A DNA stretch of 64,000 nt from Clostridia bacterium (GCA_017462485.1 JAFTRA010000006.1:1275-65274); one strand, 5' to 3'; shown: positions 28,055-37,374, numbered from the stretch's first letter. Numbers and translations are program-made. The notes: generated by a model not told the origin, from the letters alone.

Positions 28055-28510
28055 ATGGCAAGTTTCAATAAGGTTATCCTTATCGGTAACATGACTGCAG
28101 ATCCCGAACTCAAGCAGACTGCCGCAGGCGTTTCTGTTTGCAGCTTCTCTATTGCGGTAAACCGCCGTTTTGCAAGAGCTGATCAAGGCCAGCAGAATGT
28201 TGACTTCATTAACATAGTTACATGGCGTCAGAGCGCTGAATTTGTCAGCCGTTATTTCAAGAAGGGCAATCCCATCCTTATCTGCGGTCAGCTTCAGACA
28301 AGAACCTGGACTGACAATGCGGGACAGAAGAGATATGCTACCGAGGTTGTTGCAGACGAAGTTTCCTTCGTTACTTCCGCAGCGCAGAGCGGTAACGCTC
28401 CCCAGCCTGCAGGACAGGCTTACACGCCCGACGCATACGGCGCGCCCTCTTTCAGCACAGGCAGTGCTAATTTCGAAGAACTTCCCAGCGACGGAGACCT
28501 TCCTTTCTAA
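28055..28510 (+). CDS. ssb: Single-stranded DNA-binding protein
   Basis: The OB-fold N-terminus is NKVILIGNMTADPEL, followed by a Gly/Pro/Gln-rich linker. The C-terminal acidic tip is DGDLPF. Confidence 0.95.
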   Translation: MASFNKVILIGNMTADPELKQTAAGVSVCSFSIAVNRRFARADQGQQNVDFINIVTWRQSAEFVSRYFKKGNPILICGQLQTRTWTDNAGQKRYATEVVADEVSFVTSAAQSGNAPQPAGQAYTPDAYGAPSFSTGSANFEELPSDGDLPF

Positions 28511-28605
28511 TTATATAGGAGTCTTATCCGTCCTCTCTGCCGCAAGACTCACTGCGGTTTGAGTAATACAGAAATCGTGAGTCGGAAAGGTTATGGACCA
28601 TTCTA

Positions 28606-28857
28606 ATGGAAAGAAACGATACACAGCGTCCTTCGTTCCGTCCTATGCACAGAAGAAAGAAGGTTTGCATCTTCTGCCAGGATAAAGTGAACGAGATTGA
28701 TTACAAGGATATCGCAAAGCTCAGAAAGTTCATCTCTGAGCGCGCAAAGATTCTCCCCAGACGTGTTTCCGGCACTTGCGCTCTTCATCAGAGACAGCTT
28801 ACTACTGCTATCAAGAGAGCTCGCCAGATGGCACTTCTTCCCTACGTATCCAACTAA
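28606..28857 (+). CDS. rpsR: 30S ribosomal protein S18
   Basis: Contains [18 protein letters not shown]...[25 protein letters not shown]. Confidence 0.95.
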   Translation: MERNDTQRPSFRPMHRRKKVCIFCQDKVNEIDYKDIAKLRKFISERAKILPRRVSGTCALHQRQLTTAIKRARQMALLPYVSN

Positions 28858-28878
28858 TGCAAACAATTTAAAAGAATT

Positions 28879-28915
28879 AAAGCACTCTGCTAATTTCAGC
28901 AAAGTGCTTTTTTCT
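28879..28915 (+). terminator. Intrinsic terminator after rpsR
   Basis: The hairpin is AAAGCACTCTGC-loop-AGCAAAGTGCTTT, followed by TTTTT. Confidence 0.65.
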
Positions 28916-29122
28916 TTTCCCTATGCCAAAACCGTTAATATATAGTCTTTATATATAACCTAACTGCCCCACTTCCCTTGCCTCTCCCGAAACCCTCAAT
29001 CGACACCCATAGCTCTATACCTATTTCACGAAAAACTTCTTTTTCGTTTTAAAAAACGGTTGACAGCGCCATTAAAAAAAGAGTATAATAGCGGTGATAT
29101 TTAAAAAGGAAGGTGTTATACA

Positions 29123-29761
29123 ATGAAAAGCTTTGGAAACGTACTTATCATTGGTGATAGTTATTCTACTTTCAAGGGATTTAATCCTGACGGGTATGCT
29201 TATTGGTACCCTCAGTGTGAATCGAAACCCCCAAAAACAGACGTCGAGAAGGTTAGCGAAACATGGTGGCATCAGCTTATCAGCGAAACAGAGTCAAATC
29301 TGATTCTTAACGAAAGCTACTCGGGCTCAACCGTATGCTCGACAGAACGTGAATCAATTCCCGGGACTCACTTTAATTTGAGAGCTGACAGAATGATAAG
29401 TAATGGTTTTTTTAAGAAAAACAGAATAGATACAATTTTTATTTTTGGTGGAACGAACGACTCTTGGATTGATTCGCCTATCGGTGATATTAAATACGAT
29501 CAAATCACTGAGGATGATATAAAAATGATTCTCCCTGCTTTTTCGGCTCTTATATCAAAGCTCAAAGCTGCTTCCCCAAATTCGAGAATAATACCGCTTA
29601 TCAATTGCGATATCAAGAACGCAGTTGCAGACGGATTCGAAGAAATCTGCCGTCATTACGAATTAACTTATATAAAATTCGAAACCATTGACAAGCTTTT
29701 CGGGCATCCTAATCGCAAGGGTATGAAGCAGATTAAGGATGCAGTTAAAAACATACTGTAA
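29123..29761 (+). CDS. SGNH/GDSL-family hydrolase
   Basis: Block I is IIGDSYS, block III is FGGTNDS and block V is a D..H-like motif (DKLFGHP). Confidence 0.7.
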   Translation: MKSFGNVLIIGDSYSTFKGFNPDGYAYWYPQCESKPPKTDVEKVSETWWHQLISETESNLILNESYSGSTVCSTERESIPGTHFNLRADRMISNGFFKKNRIDTIFIFGGTNDSWIDSPIGDIKYDQITEDDIKMILPAFSALISKLKAASPNSRIIPLINCDIKNAVADGFEEICRHYELTYIKFETIDKLFGHPNRKGMKQIKDAVKNIL

Positions 29762-30002
29762 GCGCTATGCGAAATCTTTTCCGCGAGGTCGAAAACTTTT
29801 GTACTTTTCAAGACGACGAAGCTTGTTCAACGACAAAATCTGATCCGTAAATCAGCGGGTGGGATTTTTTCGAGCGATAAGGGAGATGCGCCATTCAAAG
29901 CATAGCACGGAGGATTCGATAGGAATATGAAGCTCACTTTCGGAATACAGACAAAGGTTAAAATTGACAAATAAAAACCGAATTTTAAAAATCGGAGACA
30001 AA

Positions 30003-30374
30003 ATGAAAACTATAAGAGAAATACGAGTTAAGGACTTAATTACATATTTTATGATTCCCCTGCTGTTTTTCGTATTCGTTATTACGGGGTATATACTTAT
30101 TTTTGGAAAGCTTACGCTTTTTCTCAAAATAGCAATAGGAGTTTTACTCCTAATTTTGAGCTATTATCCCTTGAAGCGTTTCGTTATAGGCTTAATTCTT
30201 ATGTATAAGGCGTTTGCGCCGAGGAGCATGCGTGACAGATGCCGTTTCGAGCCAACCTGCTCTACCTATATGATAATGGCTATAAACAAATACGGACTTA
30301 TTAAGGGGCTAATCAAGGGTATCGGGAGACTTCTTCGCTGCAAGCCCCCGAACGGCGGTATAGATTATCCGTAA
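30003..30374 (+). CDS. yidD: Membrane protein insertion efficiency factor YidD with an N-terminal transmembrane extension
   Basis: The C-terminal YidD signature is CRFEPTCSTYMIMAINKYGLIKGLIKGIGRLLRCKPPNGGIDYP. The N-terminal ~60 aa are hydrophobic. An alternative upstream start exists at 29964. Confidence 0.8.
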   Translation: MKTIREIRVKDLITYFMIPLLFFVFVITGYILIFGKLTLFLKIAIGVLLLILSYYPLKRFVIGLILMYKAFAPRSMRDRCRFEPTCSTYMIMAINKYGLIKGLIKGIGRLLRCKPPNGGIDYP

Positions 30375-30396
30375 ATTTTATAAAATCATAACAAAA

Positions 30397-30427
30397 GACC
30401 TGTCAAGTGGGTTAAGCCTGACAGGTC
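30397..30427. terminator. Bidirectional terminator between yidD and rpsT
   Basis: The hairpin is GACCTGTCA-loop-TGACAGGTC, flanked by AAAA and by a T-run on the minus strand. Confidence 0.6.
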
Positions 30428-30445
30428 TTCATATTTGCGGCAAAA

Positions 30446-30709
30446 TTATGCCATCTTATTAAGCTTAAGTGTGAGCTCTGACTTCTTGTGAGCAGCGTTG
30501 TTCTTATGAAGAATACCGCGAACTACTGCCTGGTCTATCTTCTTGATAACTACAGGATAAAGCTCGGTAGCAGCGCCCTTATCTTCAGCAGCAACTGCAG
30601 CGTTGAACTTCTTAATGAAGGTCTTGAGCTGGCTCTTTGCCATCTGATTACGAAGAGCTTTTGCACGGTTAACGAGAATACGCTTCTTAGCGGACTTGAT
30701 ATTAGCCAT
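30446..30709 (-). CDS. rpsT: 30S ribosomal protein S20
   Basis: The N-terminus is MANIKSAKKRILVNRAKALRNQ... Confidence 0.95.
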   Translation of the reverse strand: MANIKSAKKRILVNRAKALRNQMAKSQLKTFIKKFNAAVAAEDKGAATELYPVVIKKIDQAVVRGILHKNNAAHKKSELTLKLNKMA

Positions 30710-30926
30710 TTTAGTCTCCTTTAATTTTTCATGCCGACTGCTGCAACTCCTCTTCTACGGCTGAGAGGGTCCGTTTCTGATTGCATTACAACCTAGCCAC
30801 ATTTTTTCACCCAATAATTGTAACACAAAGAATACTAAAAATCAATAGGTTTTTGAAAAAATATTAAGTTTTTTTCGAAGTTTTTTAACCATAAGTAAAA
30901 AATCTTATATTTTTATATAAATGCTA

Positions 30927-30955
30927 TTGACAAATTGGTTTCTCTGTGTTATACT
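30927..30955 (+). promoter_or_regulatory. Sigma-A promoter of the ylxM-ffh-rpsP operon
   Basis: TTGACA, a 17-nt spacer, then TATACT. Confidence 0.55.
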
Positions 30956-31014
30956 TGTAAAGCAAATCGCTTTACAGCTTGTGCTTTTGCTCTTTTTTAA
31001 TCGGAGGTTCGCTT

Positions 31015-31362
31015 ATGTTTGAGAAGAATATGCGTATAGCTTATTTGCTTGACGTTTACGGCGAAGCTCTCGACGAGCACGCAAGGACTATTATGAAGGC
31101 GTATTACGAGGACGACCTGTCGCTCTCGGAAATTGCCACAGACGAGAATATATCCCGTCAGGGCGTGCGCCACATAATAAAAAAAGCCGAAGAGCAGCTT
31201 GATTTTCTTGATAGCAAGCTTATGCTTATAGAACATTTCGCGAAGCTTGACGTATTGCTTGACGAGCTCAAGGAAATCAGCTCTTCCCTTTCGAATATTG
31301 GCGGCGAGGCTGAAGCTTATTCCGAAAAAATAAAGCTTTCGCTGAACAAATTCGGAAAGTAA
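31015..31362 (+). CDS. ylxM: YlxM/p13-like putative DNA-binding protein (UPF0122, sigma-70 region 4-like HTH)
   Basis: Contains YLLDVYGEALDEHARTIMKAYYEDDLSLSEIATDENISRQGVRHIIKKAE and lies immediately upstream of ffh, as in other Firmicutes. The ATG at 31015 has a GGAGG RBS. Confidence 0.85.
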   Translation: MFEKNMRIAYLLDVYGEALDEHARTIMKAYYEDDLSLSEIATDENISRQGVRHIIKKAEEQLDFLDSKLMLIEHFAKLDVLLDELKEISSSLSNIGGEAEAYSEKIKLSLNKFGK

Positions 31363-31379
31363 AACACACGGAGGTCAAT

Positions 31380-32711
31380 ATGTTCCAAGGTCTTACGGAA
31401 AAATTGGCTAACGCCTTTAAAAAATTCAGAGGCAAAGGAAAGCTCACCGCAGCCGACGTCAAGGAAGGTATGCGTGAGGTTAAGCTTGCGCTTCTTGAGG
31501 CAGACGTTAATTTCAAAGTAGTAAAAGAGTTTATTAAAACTGTTACCGACCGCGCGGTAGGTACAGAGGTTCTTGAAAGCCTTTTGCCTGCGCAGCAGAT
31601 AGTCAAGATAGTAAACGAGGAGCTCATAGCTCTTATGGGCGGTGAGACTCCGAAAATCAATATAAGCCCCAAGCCCCCGACGGTTATTATGATGGTCGGT
31701 CTTCAGGGCGCAGGTAAAACCACGCACGCAGGTAAAATTGCGAATATGTACAAGGGCAAGGGTAAGAATCCCCTTCTCGTTGCCTGCGACGTATATAGAC
31801 CCGCTGCAATCGATCAGCTCAAAATCGTTGGTGAGACGATAGGTATTCCCGTTTTCTCGATGGGAGCAAAGATTTCACCCGTTGAAATTGCCAAGGCGGG
31901 CGTTGAGCACGCCAAGAAGAACGGTCACGATATGGTGCTTATAGATACCGCCGGCCGTCTTCACATTGACGAAGAGCTTATGCAGGAGCTGGTTAAGATA
32001 AAATCCACGACGGAGCCTGCGGAAATCTTGCTCGTCGTTGATGCTATGACCGGTCAGGATGCGGTAAACGTAGCAAAGTCGTTCAACGATCTTCTTGATA
32101 TCACGGGCGTTGTTCTCACAAAGATTGACGGTGATACAAGAGGCGGCGCGGCTCTCTCGGTTAAATACATTACAGGAAAGCCTATCAAGTTCATCGGTAC
32201 GGGTGAAAAGATGGATGCTATCGAGCTTTTCCATCCGGACAGAATGGCATCGCGTATTCTCGGTATGGGTGACGTTCTTTCGCTCATTGAAAAGGCGGAA
32301 GCCGCTTTCGACGAGAAAAACGCAAAAGAGCTTGAGAAAAAGATGCGCGAGCAGACGTTCACTCTTGACGATTTCCTTATGCAGATGAGAAATCTCAAAA
32401 AGATGGGCAACCTCGAGCAAATCCTCGGTATGATGCCCGGCGTTAAGCCCAGCGCTATCAAGGACGCAAAAATTGACGAAAATCAAATGACTCATATTGA
32501 AGCAATAATTCTCTCGATGACCAAGCAAGAGCGTAACAAGCCTGACATAATAAACGGCTCACGCAGAAAGCGTATCGCTGACGGCTCGGGTACAAGCGTC
32601 GAAGAGGTTAACAAGCTGCTTAAGCAATTTGATCAGATGAAGAAGATGATGAAGCAGTTTTCGGGTATGGGTAAGCGCAAGATGCCCTTCGGCATGAAGC
32701 TTCCCTTCTAA
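31380..32711 (+). CDS. ffh: Signal recognition particle protein Ffh
   Basis: Motifs GLQGAGKTT, DTAGR and TKIDGD are present, and the C-terminal M domain is Met-rich. Confidence 0.97.
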   Translation: MFQGLTEKLANAFKKFRGKGKLTAADVKEGMREVKLALLEADVNFKVVKEFIKTVTDRAVGTEVLESLLPAQQIVKIVNEELIALMGGETPKINISPKPPTVIMMVGLQGAGKTTHAGKIANMYKGKGKNPLLVACDVYRPAAIDQLKIVGETIGIPVFSMGAKISPVEIAKAGVEHAKKNGHDMVLIDTAGRLHIDEELMQELVKIKSTTEPAEILLVVDAMTGQDAVNVAKSFNDLLDITGVVLTKIDGDTRGGAALSVKYITGKPIKFIGTGEKMDAIELFHPDRMASRILGMGDVLSLIEKAEAAFDEKNAKELEKKMREQTFTLDDFLMQMRNLKKMGNLEQILGMMPGVKPSAIKDAKIDENQMTHIEAIILSMTKQERNKPDIINGSRRKRIADGSGTSVEEVNKLLKQFDQMKKMMKQFSGMGKRKMPFGMKLPF

Positions 32712-32774
32712 TTAACTTGGTATTTTAATTTTAAAATAAAATAAAAAACATTTACTTTTTTGGAGGAAAAAACA

Positions 32775-33020
32775 ATGGCAGTAAAAATCAGACTTAAGAG
32801 ACTTGGAGCAAAGAAGACTCCCTTCTACCGTGTAGTAGTTGCAGACGAGAGATCTCCCCGTGACGGTAAGTTCATCGAAGAGATCGGTTACTACAACCCT
32901 CTCACCGATCCCGCAGACATCAAGATTGATGCAGAGAAGGCTACCAAGTGGCTTGCTAACGGAGCTCAGCCCACTGATACCGTTAGAGCTCTTCTTAAGA
33001 AGTCCGAAATCATCAAATAA
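32775..33020 (+). CDS. rpsP: 30S ribosomal protein S16
   Basis: The N-terminus is [42 protein letters not shown]. Confidence 0.95.
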   Translation: MAVKIRLKRLGAKKTPFYRVVVADERSPRDGKFIEEIGYYNPLTDPADIKIDAEKATKWLANGAQPTDTVRALLKKSEIIK

Positions 33021-33070
33021 TTTAACTAAAATCGGAAGGAACGTTTCTTTTAAAGAAACCAGAGTGCAGA

Positions 33071-33304
33071 ATGGATCTTAAGCAAGTACTTACAGATATC
33101 GCACGCGCTATCGTAGATACTCCCGATGCAGTTAACGTTATCGAAAAGGTTGACGGTGACAATGTTGAGCTCACTCTCATAGTTGCCGAAGATGACACAG
33201 GTATGGTTATCGGTCGTCACGGAAAGATTGCAAAGGCAATCAGACAGGTTATGAAAGCCGCTGCGAATACGTGCGGAAAGCATGTTACTGTAGAAATCAA
33301 ATAA
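33071..33304 (+). CDS. KH-domain RNA-binding protein (YlqC-like)
   Basis: The KH motif is [17 protein letters not shown]. It sits in the conserved position downstream of rpsP. Confidence 0.85.
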   Translation: MDLKQVLTDIARAIVDTPDAVNVIEKVDGDNVELTLIVAEDDTGMVIGRHGKIAKAIRQVMKAAANTCGKHVTVEIK

Positions 33305-33307
33305 AAT

Positions 33308-33342
33308 AAGGTCGGGTGTTTTATGCCCGACTTTATTTTTTT
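33308..33342 (+). terminator. Intrinsic terminator after the KH-domain gene
   Basis: The hairpin is GTCGGG-loop-CCCGAC, followed by TTTATTTTTTT. Confidence 0.65.
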
Positions 33343-33434
33343 ATAGATTTATAACAAAAGGTTATAATTTTCTTTTAGCAATTATCACAAGTTTTTTCGC
33401 TTCAGAAAAAGAATTTTTAAACGGAGTTTTATTT

Positions 33435-34925
33435 ATGAAAAAATATATTATGGCTCTTGACCAAGGTACGACCAGCTCAAGATGTATTCTCTTCAAAAAA
33501 GACGGAACTATCGTGAGCATGGTTCAACGTGAATTTATGCAGATATTTCCGAAAGAGGGCTGGGTTGAGCATAATCCCATGACTATATGGTCAACGCAAA
33601 TAAGCGTTGCAACCGAGGCGCTCCTCAAAATAGGAGCTACCTGGAATGAGGTTTACGGTATAGGTATCACAAACCAGAGAGAAACGACTATCGTATGGGA
33701 CAAAATCACAGGTGAGCCTATATACAACGCTATCGTATGGCAATGCAGAAGGACAGCCGATTACTGCGAGGAGCTTTCACGCGAGGGCTACGAGGACGTT
33801 ATAAAAGAAAAAACAGGGCTTCTTATCGACCCATACTTCTCCGCTACCAAAATCAAATGGATACTTGATAACGTAGAGGGCGCAAGAGAGAGCGCGGAGC
33901 GAGGCGAGCTTGCTTTCGGAACTGTCGATACCTGGCTTATATGGAAGCTTACGGGCGGCAAGGTACACGCAACAGATTACAGCAACGCTTCAAGAACTAT
34001 GATATATAATATAAAGGAGCTTAAGTGGGACCAGGATTTACTTAAAATTATGGGTATTCCCTCCTCTATGCTTCCCGAGGTTTTACCCTCGGCTTCAATT
34101 TTCGGTTATACAGACGTTGACGTTATAGGCGCAAGGGTTGCAATCGGCGGTGTTGCAGGAGACCAGCAGGCTGCCCTTTTCGGTCAATGCTGCTTTGCTG
34201 AGGGTGAATTAAAAAACACCTACGGAACGGGCGGCTTTTTGCTTATGAATACGGGCGAGATTCCGTATATGACCACAAACGGTTTGATTACAACTATTGC
34301 TTGGGGGCTCGGTGGCAAGGTTTATTACGCTCTAGAGGGCTCGGTATTCACCTGCGGAGCTGCTATTCAATGGCTCAGAGACGGTATGAAGCTCATAGAA
34401 TCTGCGCAGGACAGCGAATATTACGCTTCGAAGGTCTCCGACTCGGGCGGAGTTATGGTAGTTCCAGCCTTTCAGGGACTCGGCGCGCCTTGGTGGGACC
34501 CGTATGCCAGAGGCATTATTATAGGAATCACAAGAGCTACGAACAAGTATCATATAATCAGAGCGACTCTCGAATCTATGGCATATCAGACGGCTGACGT
34601 TATTGACCTTATGGAAAGAACGGTAGGAAAGAAAATATCCGAGCTTAAGGTTGACGGTGGTGCTTCGGCAAACAATCTGCTGATGTCATTCCAATCGGAT
34701 ATTCTCGGCGTTTCGATTGAGCGTCCCTCCTGCGTTGAAACGACAGCGCTCGGAGCCGCGTATTTATGCGGACTCACTCTAGGCGTTTATAAATCGGTCG
34801 ATGACATAAAGAAAAACAGAAAAATCGAGAAAAAGTTCACTCCCTCAAAGAACGAGGACTGGCGCGAGGAAAAGATAAAAGAATGGCGCCGCGCGGTAGA
34901 ACGCTCACTAGGTTGGAAAGCGTAG
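33435..34925 (+). CDS. glpK: Glycerol kinase
   Basis: The N-terminus is [17 protein letters not shown]. Also present are [12 protein letters not shown] and [13 protein letters not shown]. The protein is 496 aa. Confidence 0.95.
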   Translation: MKKYIMALDQGTTSSRCILFKKDGTIVSMVQREFMQIFPKEGWVEHNPMTIWSTQISVATEALLKIGATWNEVYGIGITNQRETTIVWDKITGEPIYNAIVWQCRRTADYCEELSREGYEDVIKEKTGLLIDPYFSATKIKWILDNVEGARESAERGELAFGTVDTWLIWKLTGGKVHATDYSNASRTMIYNIKELKWDQDLLKIMGIPSSMLPEVLPSASIFGYTDVDVIGARVAIGGVAGDQQAALFGQCCFAEGELKNTYGTGGFLLMNTGEIPYMTTNGLITTIAWGLGGKVYYALEGSVFTCGAAIQWLRDGMKLIESAQDSEYYASKVSDSGGVMVVPAFQGLGAPWWDPYARGIIIGITRATNKYHIIRATLESMAYQTADVIDLMERTVGKKISELKVDGGASANNLLMSFQSDILGVSIERPSCVETTALGAAYLCGLTLGVYKSVDDIKKNRKIEKKFTPSKNEDWREEKIKEWRRAVERSLGWKA

Positions 34926-34956
34926 TTGTTTTTTTAAACAGTAAAACAAAAACGAA

Positions 34957-34999
34957 AGGTTTTAGTGTGTTATCCTTGACGGTGAACACGCTAAAACCT
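34957..34999. terminator. Bidirectional terminator after glpK
   Basis: The 15-bp stem is AGGTTTTAGTGTGTT / AACACGCTAAAACCT, followed by CTCATTTTT. Confidence 0.65.
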
Positions 35000-35026
35000 C
35001 TCATTTTTATCTCTTATGTATAGCTA

Positions 35027-35353
35027 TTATTCAGCTGCAGGTAAAAGCTCTTTTACTTTTAACAAAGCATCTACGATAGTATCAATAGAAAGAGTTCCGC
35101 TGTAAAGCAAGTATGCTACTGCTGCAAGAGCCGCAACAACTACAAGCAATACCCAGCAACCAAACTTTGCATAGCTGCGGCGATTGATATTCTTATCGCT
35201 GCAAGCGTGGCAAATAAGCACGATCCAACCCAATACGGGAATCATGTAGATGAGGTTGCGCCAAAAATAGCTCCATCCTCCCTTGGGACGATACTTCTTA
35301 GGCAATCTGCGAATTTCGGCTTTTTCAAATGACGTCATAGTAAATTCCTCCAT
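35027..35353 (-). CDS. Small membrane protein, two predicted transmembrane segments, function unknown
   Basis: The 108-aa ORF has two hydrophobic stretches (IYMIPVLGWIVLICHA and CWVLLVVVAALAAVAYLLY). Confidence 0.5.
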   Translation of the reverse strand: MEEFTMTSFEKAEIRRLPKKYRPKGGWSYFWRNLIYMIPVLGWIVLICHACSDKNINRRSYAKFGCWVLLVVVAALAAVAYLLYSGTLSIDTIVDALLKVKELLPAAE

Positions 35354-35387
35354 TTATTCTTTTTGTTTTATATTATTAAATTTGCGT

Positions 35388-36248
35388 TCAGTTTTTATGC
35401 TCCGAGAGATAGTCGGAAAGCTTAACAAAATCCTCCGTGCTGAGTCTCTCACCACGTACATTTTCACTCTCGCCTATATCAAGTATAGCGGCGCTTATCA
35501 GCTCCTTGCTATATCCAAGCTTTGCGGACAGAGCGTTTTGCAACGTTTTTCTTCTCATTTCAAATGCGGCTTTTATAGTGTTTCTGAAAAGCTTTTCGTC
35601 TTTAGGTGTATATAGAGGCTCTTTATATAAATCTATTCTTACAACGGCGCTGTCAACCTTAGGTGCGGGAACAAAACAACCCGCAGAAACCTTAAAAAGC
35701 TTTTTTACAGTTCCGTAATAGCCCAAAATAGCCGTTATCGCTCCGTAATCGGAGCTTCCGGGCTTTGCAGCAAGCCTTGCCGCAACCTCGTTCTGCACCA
35801 TTACGGTTATAGATGAAAATTTTACGCCCGATTCAAGAAGATACATAAGTATCGGCGTAGTTATATAGTACGGCAGATTCGCGCATACGCTGACGGGCAT
35901 TCCATCGCTATACTCTTCTACCAATCTGCAAAGATCTATTTTCATTACGTCTTCGTTTATAACCGTAACGTTATCAAACTCGGCAAGCGTTTTGTCAAGA
36001 ATTGGAATCAAACCCCTATCAATTTCAATCGCCACTACCTTTCTGTATCTAGACGCAAGCTCGGCAGTAAGACAGCCGATTCCGGGACCTATTTCTATTA
36101 TAAGACTTTCAGGATTCTCAGTGCAATTATCCGCAATATCCTCGGGAATAATGCGATTCGTAAGAAAATTCTGACCGTATTCTTTTCTGAACGTAATTCC
36201 CGCATCTGACATCAATGTTTTGATGACGGAAAGATTGCATAAATCCAT
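35388..36248 (-). CDS. rsmA: 16S rRNA (adenine1518/1519-N6)-dimethyltransferase
   Basis: Contains YGQNFL, EIGPGIGCLT and NLPYYITTPI. The start was set at the internal ATG at 36248. Confidence 0.92.
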   Translation of the reverse strand: MDLCNLSVIKTLMSDAGITFRKEYGQNFLTNRIIPEDIADNCTENPESLIIEIGPGIGCLTAELASRYRKVVAIEIDRGLIPILDKTLAEFDNVTVINEDVMKIDLCRLVEEYSDGMPVSVCANLPYYITTPILMYLLESGVKFSSITVMVQNEVAARLAAKPGSSDYGAITAILGYYGTVKKLFKVSAGCFVPAPKVDSAVVRIDLYKEPLYTPKDEKLFRNTIKAAFEMRRKTLQNALSAKLGYSKELISAAILDIGESENVRGERLSTEDFVKLSDYLSEHKN

Positions 36249-36277
36249 AAATACTCCCAAAAATATTAAAATTGCTA

Positions 36278-36306
36278 TTGACAAATAAAAAAGAAAATGT
36301 TATAAT
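36278..36306 (+). promoter_or_regulatory. Sigma-A promoter of tRNA-Thr
   Basis: TTGACA, a 17-nt spacer, then TATAAT, ending 10 nt before the tRNA 5' end. Confidence 0.65.
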
Positions 36307-36316
36307 ATACGGGCGT

Positions 36317-36392
36317 GCTGGTGTGGCTCAGTTGGTAGAGCAGTTGATTCGTAATCAACAGGTCACCGGTTCAAGTCCGGTCACCAGCTCCA
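36317..36392 (+). tRNA. tRNA-Thr (anticodon CGU), CCA encoded
   Basis: The cloverleaf is perfect. The acceptor stem is GCTGGTG/CACCAGC, the D arm is GCTC-AGTTGGTA-GAGC, the anticodon arm is GTTGA-TTCGTAA-TCAAC and the T arm is ACCGG-TTCAAGT-CCGGT. The discriminator is T, followed by CCA. Confidence 0.95.
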
Positions 36393-36440
36393 GTTAAGAA
36401 GAGAGTTAACAGCTCTCTTTTTTTCTTTGTTTTCAGTGAC

Positions 36441-36613
36441 CTGAGATTACTAATCAATGTGCTGCTTCACAGCACGATTCGTAATTTGCTCGTCAAGCGA
36501 GCAATGTTCCAACAGGTCATTTTATAGTTAAGGTGAGTCGGTTAAAATCCACGGTCACCAGCTCCAGTTAAGAAGAGAGTTAACAGCTCTCTTTTTTTTC
36601 TTTGTTTTCAGTG
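36441..36613 (+). pseudogene. Degenerate tRNA-Thr-derived copy B (tRNA 3' half interrupted by two insertions) plus terminator
   Basis: It retains GATTCGTAAT (the anticodon loop with CGT), CAACAGGTCA and CGGTTAAAATCCACGGTCACCAGCTCCA in tRNA order. These are separated by a 24-nt hairpin insert (TTGCTCG-TCAAG-CGAGCAA) and an insert of about 19 nt. The 5' half is replaced by unrelated hairpin GTGCTG-CTTCA-CAGCAC. Confidence 0.6.
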
Positions 36614-36890
36614 CAGCCGTAAGAGAACCGAACTCATAAGGTTTTATCGGATGAATTTCTCCATATCCTTCACCGAAATTCCCTTAAATATCATATATTC
36701 CTCAAAAATTTCAGTTCGCCTATGAAAAAATTCATTCCGTTAAAACTGCTTCGCATCTTATGGCGAATAAATTTTTGATGGATTTTGTTGTAATGAGCCG
36801 CAGTAAAGTGCCACTTTACAAGGATTAGTACGACGAAAGACGCTAAAATTTATCGTCTTAAGACTTGTTAGTTCGATTCTCTTACGGCTG
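36614..36890. mobile_element. 277-bp element bounded by 21-bp inverted repeats (MITE-like, or a long-stem RNA)
   Basis: CAGCCGTAAGAGAACCGAACT at 36614-36634 pairs with AGTTCGATTCTCTTACGGCTG at 36870-36890, 20 of 21 positions complementary. The interior is AT-rich and has only micro-ORFs of 18-24 codons. A truncated relative sits at 37060-37098 (CAGCCGTTAGA...GTGGCTG). Confidence 0.45.
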
Positions 36891-37059
36891 GGATTACTAA
36901 TCAATGTGCTGCTTCACAGCACGATTCGTAATTTGCTCGTCAAGCGAGCAATGTTCCGGGCAGGTCATTTTATAGTTAAGGTGAGTCGGTTAAAATCCAC
37001 GGTCACCAGCTCCAGTTAAGAAGAGAGTTAACAGCTCTCTTTTTTCTTTGTTTTCGGTG
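36888..37059 (+). pseudogene. Degenerate tRNA-Thr-derived copy C plus terminator
   Basis: It is nearly identical to copy B. The difference I noted in the body is CCAACAGG changed to CCGGGCAGG. Confidence 0.6.
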
Positions 37060-37374
37060 CAGCCGTTAGAATTATCAGTTCAATTTTATTGTGGCTGGGA
37101 GCTCGAATCAACCCAACATTAAGAGCAAAATACACACAACACCAACTATACATAACAATTATACAACATAATACAGAAAAAATCAAGTAACCGAATAATA
37201 AAATAATCAAAAATTTCGATAATATTATAATTTTGAAAAATAATAACGTACAAGACTTAAAACCGTATGCTTGCAAGTATATGAAAACAATTATATCCAA
37301 GCAATTAATTTCCCTGGCACTTCCGCTTGGTATTTCCAAAAAGCATAGATTGTATTAAAAAATAATATTTTAGA

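Larger units (their letters stand above)
36379..37059 (+). repeat. Triplicated ~60-bp direct repeat consisting of the tRNA-Thr 3' end plus its terminator
   Basis: GGTCACCAGCTCCAGTTAAGAAGAGAGTTAACAGCTCTCTTTTTT(T)CTTTGTTTTC(A/G)GTG occurs at 36379-36438, 36553-36613 and 37001-37059. Confidence 0.9.

Noticed and set aside
36870-36892. A tRNA T-arm-like GTTCGATTC inside the right inverted repeat, suggesting another tRNA.
   Set aside because: The flanking bases do not form a T stem or an acceptor stem. The segment simply pairs with the left terminal repeat.
37028-37339. A 103-aa minus-strand ORF in the AT-rich spacer after the tRNA-Thr repeats.
   Set aside because: It has no RBS. Its sequence is low-complexity and hydrophobic, derived from AT-rich DNA. 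It overlaps the repeat copy and terminator, so it is probably non-coding.
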